NCBI GenBank assembly: GCA_002633005.1 | Contig: NMRA01000225.1 | Coordinates: 508,275 to 572,274 of the forward strand | Length of the DNA: 64,000 nt | Source: Phoronis australis | Lineage: Eukaryota > Animalia > Phoronida | Reading direction: 5' to 3' | Shown: piece after piece, positions 14,358 through 27,300 of the stretch | Position numbering within the stretch: position 1 is the stretch's first letter | Layout: each line of letters begins with the position of its first letter | Translations under genes and position numbers: made by a program | Notes under the pieces: generated by a model | Seen by the model: only the letters and a program-made list of their open reading frames with translations | Databases searched by the model: none | Told to the model about the DNA's origin: nothing

Positions 14358-15307
14358 CAGCATTGAATACACTTACAAGTTTCAGCATTGAGTTTTTGTT
14401 GTAATTTTCAACGACAAAAACCCAAGGTGTTGGAGTACATCTCAGTAATCGTAAATCAAGATTCAGGCCTACTGAGAAACTCAATAATCATTTTTGTAAA
14501 GTTGATATACTGTAGCCCACAGCTTATGAGTCGAAACATGTGCTAGGCCTACTCAAATTTAACCAGTTAAATGTTTTATAATTCATGCATTCTGGGCTGA
14601 ATGAATTAATTGGAAATACATTCCATACTATTAACATTAGAATACCTGAATTACATTCATCTTACATTATTGAGATATCAAAAACGACACAGATTCTTAA
14701 AATCAATTTATTTCTCGTTGTAACAATAAATGGATGTAGTATCGGATGTAAGAATCATTCCTTGCTCTCTACGTTTCTGCGATCCAAAGTTATTTGTACG
14801 TATTCAATCTACGGTTGCACCGACCATGCACCTAGATTTTGCGCAGTAGGCCTAAGCAGTACGCGCTAGCACAGACAGCTAACCGCGCATTGGCAAGGTT
14901 CACAATGAACTACTGCTCTTATTAAAGAAAAATATATTAATTTTTTCTACTTCTTTTTACGATCGGTTGTTTCTAGTTCTGAAAGATGGTGAATGCAGGA
15001 GAAGGCAAACGCATCGGAGTGTGACCAATCGAGAAAGCGGCCGCCCTGGCGCCGTACTGTGTGTCGAACCGGAGTTTTCAAGCATCTTAAACTGTCTTCT
15101 TTTTTAAAAAATAACATCGTGTTCGACACACATTCCCAGTAATCAGTCGGAGAACCAGTCTGCCTGCATATGAAATAAACTCATAAAGTGTTGACCGTTC
15201 TTACGTCCACAGCTGCACATGATCGCCCCCTCCCGAGACCATGAACTTTATCACAACGGAATAATGTGATTACACGAATCAATGAATGCGTCTGAGAAAG
15301 CCTATTG

Positions 15308-15330
15308 TGACGTCAAGAGCTCGTTATAAA
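15308..15330 (+). promoter_or_regulatory. Annexin proximal promoter: full CRE palindrome plus TATA box
   Basis: TGACGTCA at 15308-15315 and TATAAA at 15325-15330, about 60 nt upstream of the annexin ATG at 15392. Confidence 0.6.
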
Positions 15331-15391
15331 TATGAGTAGCATGTATCAAAATATTTCGCTTTATATAGAAGACTGTTGTATCTGAACGAAT

Positions 15392-18300
15392 ATGTCTCAC
15401 AAGTTTAAGGTAAGTGCATGACCCGCAATCATGAATTTATGTAGCGTCTTCGCACAGTCTCATACGACCTTCAGGCCTGACAGATGGTATTGGTAGGCCT
15501 ATTATGCGTTTTACCCGGAACCCCCGTCCCCGCGCCCTAGAGCGAGCGGTGCATGGTGTGGTAGCAACGATTTTCTTCGTTTGGCAACGGCGTCTTTAAC
15601 AAAAGTAGTCTCAGTTACAACCCGCTGAATCATGACATGGAGAAAAAGATTGAAGGAAACGCACTGCCGCCGTTGCGAAACCACAAGGGCTAAGTTACCA
15701 GAAAATCTGTTTCTATGGAAGTAGATTATACTGTGTTTGAATTGTCACATTTGATGGTATATGTGCTATTAGGGTCACCTTTTGCACAAGATCACATCAA
15801 GGTACGTCATCGTTTTTTCGACCGAAAACGCATTTTGGGGAGATAATTGTTGGGTGGGATGGACTTAGTTTCGACCCGCGCTCTTAACAAAAAAATCCTT
15901 TGTATTTCTGTTACTTGATTACACCGATTGGTAAATTCTGACTGTTTTCTGTCAGGCATTCTATGCAACCAAGGCGGTGACACTCGTTAGCGGTTCAAAA
16001 TTGCATATCGCTAATGTTATCTGACTATAAAACCGAAAATCGAATCAGTAAGCCATTTCACTCTCATGAAATCAGTCTCATAAATTCCCTCCGTGATAGG
16101 CTGTTCCATTTTAGTTACCAAAAACGTCAAAACCATCAACGACTCGAGAAAACGTTTCCGAGTTTATTAGCGTTGGCGGATACAAAAACGGCGCACGCAC
16201 GCATTGCATATGGCTTGATAACGATAAGAAATCATATCACCGTAGGGAATATAATGAGACCGACTTTAATTAACTAAAAGGCCTAATTCCATTTTCGTAT
16301 TTTAAGTTAGCCAGCTAAATAGCCAAATTATCATAAGTGGAGCTGACATGTAGCTCCTACAGCAGATCAGGTGGCTGCCGCGAAGTTTCCACTGATAGAA
16401 GCTTTCCAATATTGCCATACGTGCTTCGAATATCTGTTTTGCTTGCGTTCTCATTTTCATACCACTCACCGGTTCCTGAAATGATTAATTTTAATCAGTG
16501 AAAATTAACATCGTGCCTTCAAGTTATTGATGTGGCGCATCACATCTAAATGTACGTTTGGTGAAGTTGACATTTATCACACCTAGCCACAGTTGGTCTG
16601 CGCCTCGACCTGACTCCTGCCACCATGCGCCTTTACTTCACAGACTCCAAAAACTCTCCTTTTTCAGGGTTCTGTTGTTCCAGTCAAGGATGACGAATTC
16701 AACCCTGAATGGGCTGCCGAGATGCTTTACAAGGCCGTCAAAGGGTTAGGTACAGATCGCTAAATACAAACTAAGATAAACCGTGTACTACCTGATTTGC
16801 TCTGAAGTGATGTCGATGACTCTGTAATCCTATGATGGACTTAATGATTATATGCTATTGTGCACTGTCATTATATGATTAACCGGATTAAGCGATTAAT
16901 TCTTCCACTCGCCCATTAATGCCAACTCAAGTCTGTCCCAATTAGGTCAACGTGGACACCTCACTTAACATGTACTTGGTCCAGCTAACCGAATTGCAAT
17001 TTTCAGGAACTGACGAGAAAGCCATAATTGACATATTGGTGTCCCACTCTAACCACCAATTACAAACTATCAAACTCCAATACAAGACTGCTTATGGACA
17101 GGTAAATATATTTTTCTTGAACTGCTCGGGTACTGATTGGTACTAATTATAGCACGTGATCGCGTATAAGACAATTGAGTTCTATTCTGCTCCGAAGCCT
17201 AGCATGATGGGGCAGGTTTTAGTGGAGAACATAAAGCTTCCGACGTCAATCCCATGCGCAATTGCCGAGGTTGATCAATATTATATAATCACCAATCTAT
17301 GCACCTTCGAGTATCATTAAAATTCTTGAATAACTTGTAGGTGCTGTCACTATCTGCACGCTAGTAGACAAGAACGCGTGCACCCCTCATCCCACAGTCG
17401 GCTCCAGCGAATTTCTCGGCACACCAAAGACGTCGCGGTGCCAGAGCACACATCGCTATTCGTGGGCCTGGGTGAAGGTTTATTAGATGAATAATTGCGT
17501 TCGTAACACGCCTGTTCAGCGTACTATTTTCAAAGTCAAAACAAAAACGAACAATAAGTAAGGCAACTACCAAAATGATTGCTTTAAAATTGAAATATCA
17601 ATGTTATCCGTCTTCCAGTTTTCAAAATCTGTGTATTATAAGGGATATTATAGCGAATACGTTTTCTTCAGCAGCGCAGCTGAGCCACGCGCATTCATTA
17701 ACTTTATATGCGCTAACTGCGAAGCGATACCGAAGCTAGTTTACAGTGAAACATCACGTATAGATGAGATAAAAGGAATGGGTTAGGCTCGCTTATAGCG
17801 TTTGGGTGACAATGTTTGCGTTGTCTTTTTCTCGCAGGACCGTCGGCAGATCACTGGGCGTACCCGAGCCAGCAGTCGCCAGATTACTTGTAAATAGCAG
17901 GTCGACTTCATTTGGTTGATCGACGTCAATAGCAGAGTAGCATCGTCTTTACATCGTTTAAATTTGACCACTGCTTCTGAGAATCCACACTTCAACCTAT
18001 TCTAAGTATGTGTGTTCACTGATTCATGGATGTATGGACTGCTGACTGAAAATGTGGCTCGACTGACTTGGTTATTGAACAACACCACATCGTAAACCTT
18101 TATAAAAGTGTTAAGATTCTAAAAAGACACTGTCATCAATGAAATACAATTATAAGTTTATCTGCGAACTTTTCAAGAATGTGTAGGCTAGCTGGAATTT
18201 CAATTACGCAATTAACGTCATCGCAGTATAGTAGCCTTTTTTAATGTTTATTACGAAATCTTCAGAATACAATGAATATACATAACCCAGAAAGCGCCAA

Positions 18301-21300
18301 NTTGCCGAGGTTGAACAATATTATATAATCACCCAATCTATGCACCTTCGAGTATCATTAAAATTCTTGAATAACTTGTAGGTGCTGTCACTATCTCCAC
18401 GCTAGTAGACAAGAACGCGTGCACCCCTCATCCCGAATTTCTCGGCACACCAAAGACTTCGCGGTGCCAGAGCACACATCGCTATTCGTGGGCCTGGGTG
18501 AAGGTTTATTAGATGAGTAATTGCGTTCGTAACACGCCTGTTCAGCGTACTATTTTAAAAGTCAAAACAAAAACGAACAATAAGTAAGGCAACTACCAAA
18601 ATGATTGCTTTAAAATTGAAATATCAATGTTATCCGTCTTCCAGTTTTCAAAATCTGTGTATTATAAGGGATATTATAGCGAATAAGTTTTCTTCAGCAG
18701 CGCAGCTGAGCCACGCGCATTCATTAACTTTATATGCGCTAACTGCGAAGCGATACCGAAGCTAGTTTACAGTGAAACAACACGTGTAGATGAGATAAAA
18801 GGAATTGGTTAGGCTCGCTTATAGCGTTTGGGTGACAATGTTTGCGTTGTCTTTTTCTCGCAGGACCGTCGGCAGATCACTGGGCGTACCCGAGCCAGCA
18901 ATCGCCAGATTATTTGTAAATAGCAGGTCGACTTCATTTGGTTGATCGACGTCAATAGCAGAGTAGCATCGTCTTTACATCGTTTAAATTTGACCACTGC
19001 TTCTGAGAATCCACACTTCAACCTATTCTAAGTATGTGTGTTCACTGATTCATGGATGTATGGACTGCTGACTGAAAATGTGGCTCGACTGACTTGGTTA
19101 TTGAACAACACCACATCGTAAACCTTAATAAAAGTGTTAAGATTCTAAAAAGACACTGTCATCAATGAAATACAATTATAAGTTTATCTGCGAACTTTTC
19201 AAGAATGTGTAGGCTAGCTGGAATTTCAATTACGCAATTAACGTCATCGCAGTATAGTAGCCTTTTTTAATGTTTATTACGAAATCTTCAGAATACAATG
19301 AATATACATAACCCAGAAAGCGCCAACAGGCATTAGATCTGGGTAAAAAAAATACAAAGAAGTCTATATACAATGATTATATACGAATAAAAAAACTGAT
19401 GTTAAGAATACAATGATATATGACAACGAATAAAAATAATTCATTTTCATACAGATGTATAAAATTCTATCCACTCACACACAAAGAGATTTAATGTTAT
19501 AATAAAGAAATTCTGATGCTATTTCAAATAAAACCTTATTTTCGTTTGAGCTAAGTTCCTAACATCCATATAGAAAGAAATTAATTTTGTTGTACAATTG
19601 CGGAATTTCAGAGTATTTTTATAAACATTGGGGTATTGTTCGAGTGCCTGGAAGAGCTGTACCCTCTCCTCCTTGCATACCTCAAAAGGAAAGAAAACAT
19701 GAGGATATGTCTGGGTATCTCCACAGGAACACAGAGCCGAAATATTATTAAAATTACGTCTAAATTTCTCGTTGTTTAGGAATAGACCACATCTTGATCT
19801 GTATAGGGTTATTTCATGGTTACGGGGAAGTTGGAATGATGTCAATGGGACTGGCAGGTCTGGAGTAGTGGTATGCATTTTAAAGTTATTTTTGAGAGTG
19901 ACGATTGAAGTGCTTTCTTTTATTTTGATAGGTAAGGAATTCCAGTTGTCAATACAAGTTAATATCGTTGATCTTCTGAAGGCTTGGCTGATAGAGGCTG
20001 GAATAGTATACATATTGCTGTGCCGGAGTCCTGGTCTCGTGCTTGGTCCTTTGTAGGAGTCAAAGAGGATTTTGTTAGAGTAATTGTTTATGTTGGTTAA
20101 GACTTTGAATGTATACATGGACAGGTGGAGTTTACGACGGGTTGCTAGTTTGCTCCAGTGAAGACTATTTAGAACCTTGATTGTGTTGGACCCTTTGTAT
20201 GCCCCGGTTATGGCTAAAGCTGCTTGGTATTGTAGTCTTTCTAATTGGAGAAGTATGCCAGCGTTTGCCGATTGGTAGATTATGTCACAGTAATCTAGAT
20301 GTGGAAGTACAAAACACTTGAACAGAGTTTCAAGATGCATGGAGTTGAGATGACGAGAGATAATTGTAATTGATTAATTAATTTTTGTACTTTTTGAGTA
20401 TGCCAGCGTTTGCCGATTGATAGATTATGTCACAGTAATCTAGATGTGGAAGTACAAAACACTTGAACAGAGTTTCAAGATGCATGGAGTTGAGATGACG
20501 AGAGATAATTGTAATTGATTAATTAATTTTTGTACTTTTTGAGTATGCCAGCGTTTGCCGATTGATAGATTATGTCACAGTAATCTAGATGTGGAAGTAC
20601 AAAACACTTGAACAGAGTTTCAAGATGCATGGAGTTGAGATGACGAGAGATAATTGTAATTGATTAATTAATTTTTGTACTTTTTGAGTATGCCAGCGTT
20701 TGCCGATTGATAGATTATGTCACAGTAATCTAGATGTGGAAGTACAAAACACTTGAACAGAGTTTCAAGATGCATGGAGTTGAGATGACGAGAGATAATT
20801 GTAATTGATTAATTAATTTTTGTACTTTTTGAGTATGCCAGCGTTTGCCGATTGATAGATTATGTCACAGTAATCTAGATGTGGAAGTACAAAACACTTG
20901 AACAGAGTTTCAAGATGCATGGAGTTGAGATGACGAGAGATAATTGTAATTGATTAATTAATTTTTGTACTTTTTGAACGAGTTCACGACAATGAGGAGT
21001 AAATGTAAGTTTATGGTCGAGTAGCAAGCCAAGATGTTTGTGGGTGAACTTATTGGGGATAACTTCCCCATTGAGTGATAATTCCAGTGTTGGATTTGTT
21101 TGGAAGTGAGTATTTTTAGACTTAGAAAATATAAGATCAACACTTTTTTCAGGTTTAAATTTCATGTTCCATTTGTGAGACCAGTCATAGAGTTTGTTAA
21201 GGTCAGTTTGCAATTGTAAGGAGTCATGGGGATGCTCTTTTGAGAATGGGTGGAATATTGCAGTGTCATCAGCATATAAGAATGTTTTAGAGCTTATCGT

Positions 21301-24300
21301 GTCTGGCAGATCATTGATGTACAGTAAAAAGAGTAAGGGGCCTAGTACGCTACCCTGTGGTACTCCAGCATTTACGAAACCTGGCGTTGATGAAGGTGAT
21401 AAGACACCCTCAATTCGGACTTTGTAAGTTCGATTTTCCAGATATGATTTTAAAAGTAAGAGGAGAGTGCCTGAGAAACCGTAAGATTGTAATTTATGTA
21501 GAAGCAGGTCATGGGGAACGACATCAAAAGCTGACGCAATGTCTAAAAATACACGTTGTACCCTTGCTCAAACTGGAGGTGGATGTCGCGTACAATTTCT
21601 GTAAGTTGCGACACAGTGCTGTTACCAGGCATGAATCCAAATTGGCGACGATATATGAGGTTTCGTGAAGAGAGGTGATCAAACATGTGCTGAAAAATGA
21701 TTTTTTTTCTAAAATTTTGGATAAGGTGTTAAGTAGAGTTATGGGGCGATAGTTGGCAATGTCTGTTTTGGAGTTCTTTTTGTGTATTGGTATCATAACA
21801 CCAAGCTTCCAGTTCAAAGGAAATTTTCCAGATTGTAGTATTTTGTTGTATAATGTTGTCAGAGGAAGTGTAAGATCTCTTGCTATTATCTTGATCATTT
21901 TATTGGTTATGAGATTGGTACCGTCGTTTTTGTTTTCGTCAATGTGTTCCAGTAGTTTTCTGACTTCAGATGGTTGGGCTTCTATGTAAGAGAGGTGTTC
22001 TAATGGTCTGTTTGGGAATTCTGGATAGTTTATTGTTGGTGCAATGTGACTCTTGGCAGTGAAGTAGTCTAAAAATAAGATACTTTTATCGGCTTTGGAT
22101 GACGCCTGAGAGTTGGATTCTTTTGAGTGGATGGTGGGGTATGATGATTGCTTTACCTGTCCTCGAATTTTGTTTACTACATCCCAATATTCCTTAGAAT
22201 TTTTGGAGACATTTTTGATATTGGAGATAACTTTCATATGGTAGCCTTGAAAGCGGACTGATGTTTCCGTAGATAAGCCCACTCGATGAACCGCCCATGG
22301 GCGTTTATTCGGAAAATTATGCCAAATAGAAGACCATGGGCGTTTATTTGGTGTTACAACTTTGGGTGTCGAGTGTCCAGATAGTAGGGCGTTTCTGTTA
22401 GGAAAAAATCCTCCTAAAAGCTCACTTCCAGTCAACTTTTTGTCACAAATTCAGTTTTATGGAGCATTTATCATTTATAAAAACGAATTAAATTTAAAAA
22501 CACGCGCTCCCCTTTTCCGAATAAACACCTGGGCGTTTATTTGGTGTAACTAAAACGTCTGAAAATTTTCATTTTCCGAATAAACGTCCATGGGCTTATC
22601 TATGCTCCAGGTGCTTGAAAACTTGACAATTGCCGTGCTTACTATTGGTTTTTGCGTGAAAGTGTGAAACTGAAGCCGTTTTGTTTCGAAAATTTAAAGT
22701 GGCCAAAACAACACAGTGTATTTTCTTTTTAGGATCTTGAAGATGATCTCTCATCGGACTTGTCTGGCGATTTTAAAACCGCTGTTCTGGACCGAATGTG
22801 CCCCCTTAACCGTCTGAATGCGCACCGCCTCAGAAAAGCTATGAAGGTTTGCAATATGCTCCCAGTTCCACAATGTGCACCTGGTCCAGGAGAACAAGTT
22901 AATTAAAGTTATGCTGTCTCGGTTTACTACCATTCCACAATATTAAGTTCATAAATTTACACGGTTCTTGTGATTTTTTGCTCGTAGAAGTGGCTTAGAT
23001 TTGTGACATATTTTGTTAGAAGAGTTTATTACTAGCTCGTTTTAGATCGTGAGACATTCTTCCTCATTAGATATTTCCACGCACATGCACTTGTACTTCA
23101 CAACTAGGAAAGTCTCATGGTACCGTTTCGCTAGGGCCTGGGCACAGACGAAGACGCCTTGATTGATATTTTATGCTCTTCTACCAACGATCAGATATTG
23201 GAAATGAAAGAGATGTACTCGAAAGGTATGTACATGTATGAAACGTCTATGCTGTAACTGTAGGGTGGCGACAGATTAGTTACTTTCCAAAATCTTTGAA
23301 AATAGAGTTGCCCCATATTTACAAAAAAAATCTTAAGGTTTGGAAGGCATCCCAAAATAAACTTTACCTGAGAGTGTCGGTCAAATGAGAACCTTATTCT
23401 CGTTGAGATTCGTTAGTTCAATCGGTTGTTTCAGTAGCCCGTATTTCATCATGTTGTTTTTAGGAAAATATTCACATCTAACAATATTTTAAAATGCGCA
23501 TTCCATTTAGTGACCTTGCTTAGTTCAGAAAAGTTAAAGCGTGCCAGTTTGCGAAGATGCTTTTGTAACAGGGACTTTTAAAAATCACCGGTGTCCCCTT
23601 GCGCTTGCGGCGACAAAACTGGACGCTTATGGAACAGCAAATGTGGGCTATGATGGCCGCTTCAGTTGCCAATTACGTAACGCATAAGTGTGATTCTGAT
23701 CGAGTTTGCCGTGGCTGTCATAGACATGGATCGGTATTAAGGTTTTTATCATGTATTTAGGTTGTTAGCTTTTAGATGCATTTACAAACGTAAGCCAACA
23801 CTGATGTGTAATTGCCATAGCACGAGAAAAACGGAATAAATTGCGTTTTCTGCCACTGAAATAGAATTCAAACTGTTCACCAAGAATTTTTACGGTTTGT
23901 TTCTAAAGATTTTGAATTTCTGTTGATGTCAATGCCATTTTTCATTTAGTTTCTAATTTAAAAGAAAAAAACGATCTGTCAGCTACTCTTCACTTCGTCG
24001 ATTTTTCTCCCACACGCAAAGCACGTCTCGTTATTAGGTATGGTAAAATATTGACTTAGCACATCCCCTTTATACATGTATGGAGGTAAACAAAACAATG
24101 TCTTATTTCGTGCAGCAGACAATCTGACTTTTTATAGCGCATGCGTGCATATGTACATTATTATGGGATAGAGCAATCAATCCCTCGATTTTGGGGCCTA
24201 ATATTGGGCCCCATTCCCTCTGAAAATGTTGAAAAAGCAAGCGGAATTCCAAAAATTCACTCTAGTCAATTGAAAAAGTCCCATTGTGGTTCCTGTAGCT

Positions 24301-27300
24301 CACACACGTGGCAATTTGAAAAAGCACAAAAAGTTAGTTTTGGCTACTTGAGGCGGAGCCTATGAGAGCTTCCACAAGGGTGGAAGTTGCTATTGATGGG
24401 GGGGGGGGGAGGGGTAGAATTTAAAGGCCACTCCAAAAATTGTAGTTTTCTCCTCTTGTGATCGAGGGCCATGAGGTCTGACAATTTGAAATTGTATTGG
24501 AATGAAAGAGTTTTTATTTCGCCTGCGTTTCAAAAATAGTGACTGGCGATTTTTCTATAAATGAACAACTTTCACTTTAGCATCTTTCAGAAGTAGATTC
24601 GTCACGATCTAGCTGCTAAATGTACGAATCATTCAAAACCTCTTTAATTACCGAACGTCAAGTATTCAAACCTACGCGTGCACTTCTGCCATTTTAAGCT
24701 AAGCCCTTCGGTTTTTAAAACATTACCACGCTCACCTAATCTTGAATTGTTGCCAAATTAAGCGGCTACTGAAGTCATGGGCAATGCGTAGGCATAGGAT
24801 GCGCCATATTCGAAATCGACGCATTAGTTGGCTAATCCCAATAAACTTTCAAGCCTTTACTCGAGTCGCTGAACGTGTCAATGTTTTTGAGGTAATAGAA
24901 TTACAATCTTATCAAGGAAAAGAGTGTTATCCCATAGATATGTAAGTACGGTCACTGAATACACTGTGAAGTTAAATAAGAGAAATTAAAGCCAATCCGC
25001 AACTACAGAAGCCGTATTTCACGGTTGGTGTACAGTCTCCTGGTAGAGTAAATTCAAGTGGAAGACAGTAAATTTTATTTTACTCGTTCATTTGGGTTAC
25101 CTAAAACATTGATTCAAGTCGTCGTTCCTGAAAAAGCTGCTCTAAGTTAAAACAGCAACTATTTACCGGTGAAAATTCCGACGCACGGTGATCAGGCGGC
25201 AATTTTTTGGGCCTACCTAGTTTCAATCTGGGTCATCATAAATAGGTTAGCCATATTTTTGCCGGCGAAATAGCGTTCCCACCAAAATCGGCCAGAAATC
25301 TGGTTCAAATGAAACCAAAAGTTTTGTAATGGGTGCATACAGGGTGCCTACACTAAGCATTAAGATGGTTACAGGAAATTGTAACCTAATATCGAGTCGT
25401 TTGTGTTATTTACTGACATGATATCACCTGCTGTCATGGTGTATTTTATCTCAGTCTCGTTGGGATATTCCCTGATAAAATGTTTTCTCGATAGGATATG
25501 GCAGTAGTATTCCTATGTATGTGGGATAACTTATATTTATGAGCTCGAGTTTTTATGAGCTCAATCATCTAATTCATATTGAACATTGGCGAAATGTTCT
25601 TTTACGGCCGAAAAACGCAATTTTGTGATTATCGGTGAACAGAATAAATTAAAAGTTATCAGATAATTGCTAATAGAGCTGTGCGCTTGTGTTATAAATT
25701 GCCTGCTGTTAGACATTCTATGAAACTATCACCTTCAGCGACTTAACCAGTTATGCATGCTGATAGCTTAAAAAATAAGATATCGTTCCTACTTCTCATT
25801 TCCCAATTTAGTCGCAGTGTTCAATCGACAGACTCTCTCGCCCGAAGCCCGCCACGCGCGTTGTCGTGGTGATTTTCTGTTCCAGTGACAGATATACGCC
25901 TCTTTCTTCGGAATCGCTGTCACAACGCGCGACGCGTGGGTGGGGCTGAATCATCGTGTACAATATAGTTGGTCTGGAAAAGTTGTTATAATGAATTATA
26001 ATATTAATTCTGTGAAGTTAAAGCTATGAAACTTCGAGATCCAGGTACGAATTAAGTTGCGTCACATACGTACGGGACGGGCCAGATCTCGCCGCCAATT
26101 TAACCGTTTTTTACGTGTTTTGGTAAGGGTCATGCTTTATGTGACTGCGGAGTGTTTTGCTACATAAATGTTCTCTGATGACTACTCTGTCTACTCTTAC
26201 AGAGTTCGGGAGGTCACTTGAAGATGACGTAGCTTCTGAATGCCGTGGCCATTTAAAAAAGATCCTCGTGTCTCAGATACAAGCCAACCGTGATGAGAGC
26301 ATGGATATAGATGAAGCTATGGTGCAGCAGGACGCCCAAGATCTCTTCGACGTACGTCGCTTACACCAAAACTATCTTTGTTGTAGTTGAGCTAGAAGTG
26401 AAACGCCATAGTTTTTAGGTTAGAATTGGGAAATTTATAAACACTAGTAACCAAAAGACGTCGCTTCAGTTTCTGAGGAAGCAAGATAGAGACCAAACGT
26501 AAATGGCAATCAAGGCCCACGAAATTACCACCGTATGGAATCTTGATTTTGACTACAGTGCTGAAGTGATTAGACTATGGGGGTATGACGACTATGGGCC
26601 AACTGGGTGGTGAAGATGAATATGTCTTCATCCCACTTATTTTCAGAACTACTAATTTTCAATCCTTGATCAACTACCCGTCTATGCAATGTACCACCCA
26701 CCTACATGGGCAGCGCAGCACTGAAAAAAGTGGGGAGCTAAAGCCCCCGCAGCCCCCTGTGGTGCACCGCCTATAGACCATATGCGGCGTAGCACTGAAA
26801 AAAGTGGGAAGGGGGGCTATAGCCTCCCTCAGCCCCCTATGGTGCGCCGCCCATGACTTATACAGTTAAAACAAACCGAACTAGTCGTACGGAATTAAGC
26901 TTGTGGCATGCCATGCATGTTTGTCACCATAATTCCTGGTGATTTAGTAACTTCGGCATCTGAACCTGATGATATCAGTGAATGCGTTGCGTCAAATCAA
27001 ATTGACAGACGTACATGTGCATACACGCATGCATACAAACAAGCAAACAAACAAACAAACAAACAAACAAACAAACAAACATACATACATACATACATAC
27101 ATACATACATACATACATACAAACATACATACATACATACATACATACATACATACACATTTTCAATGTTAGGCAAACAACATATATATTTTTCAAATGT
27201 AAACAGTAACCTTCTTTTGAAAAAAAATGGATGTACTCCGACAATAAAAAAGTGGAAAACATAACATTATTCTAAGCTATTTACCCATCTCCGACGGAAA

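Noticed and set aside
26908-27264. Overlapping ORFs with KQTN/YIHT repeats
   Set aside because: They are translations of a (CAAA)n(CATA)n microsatellite in an annexin intron.
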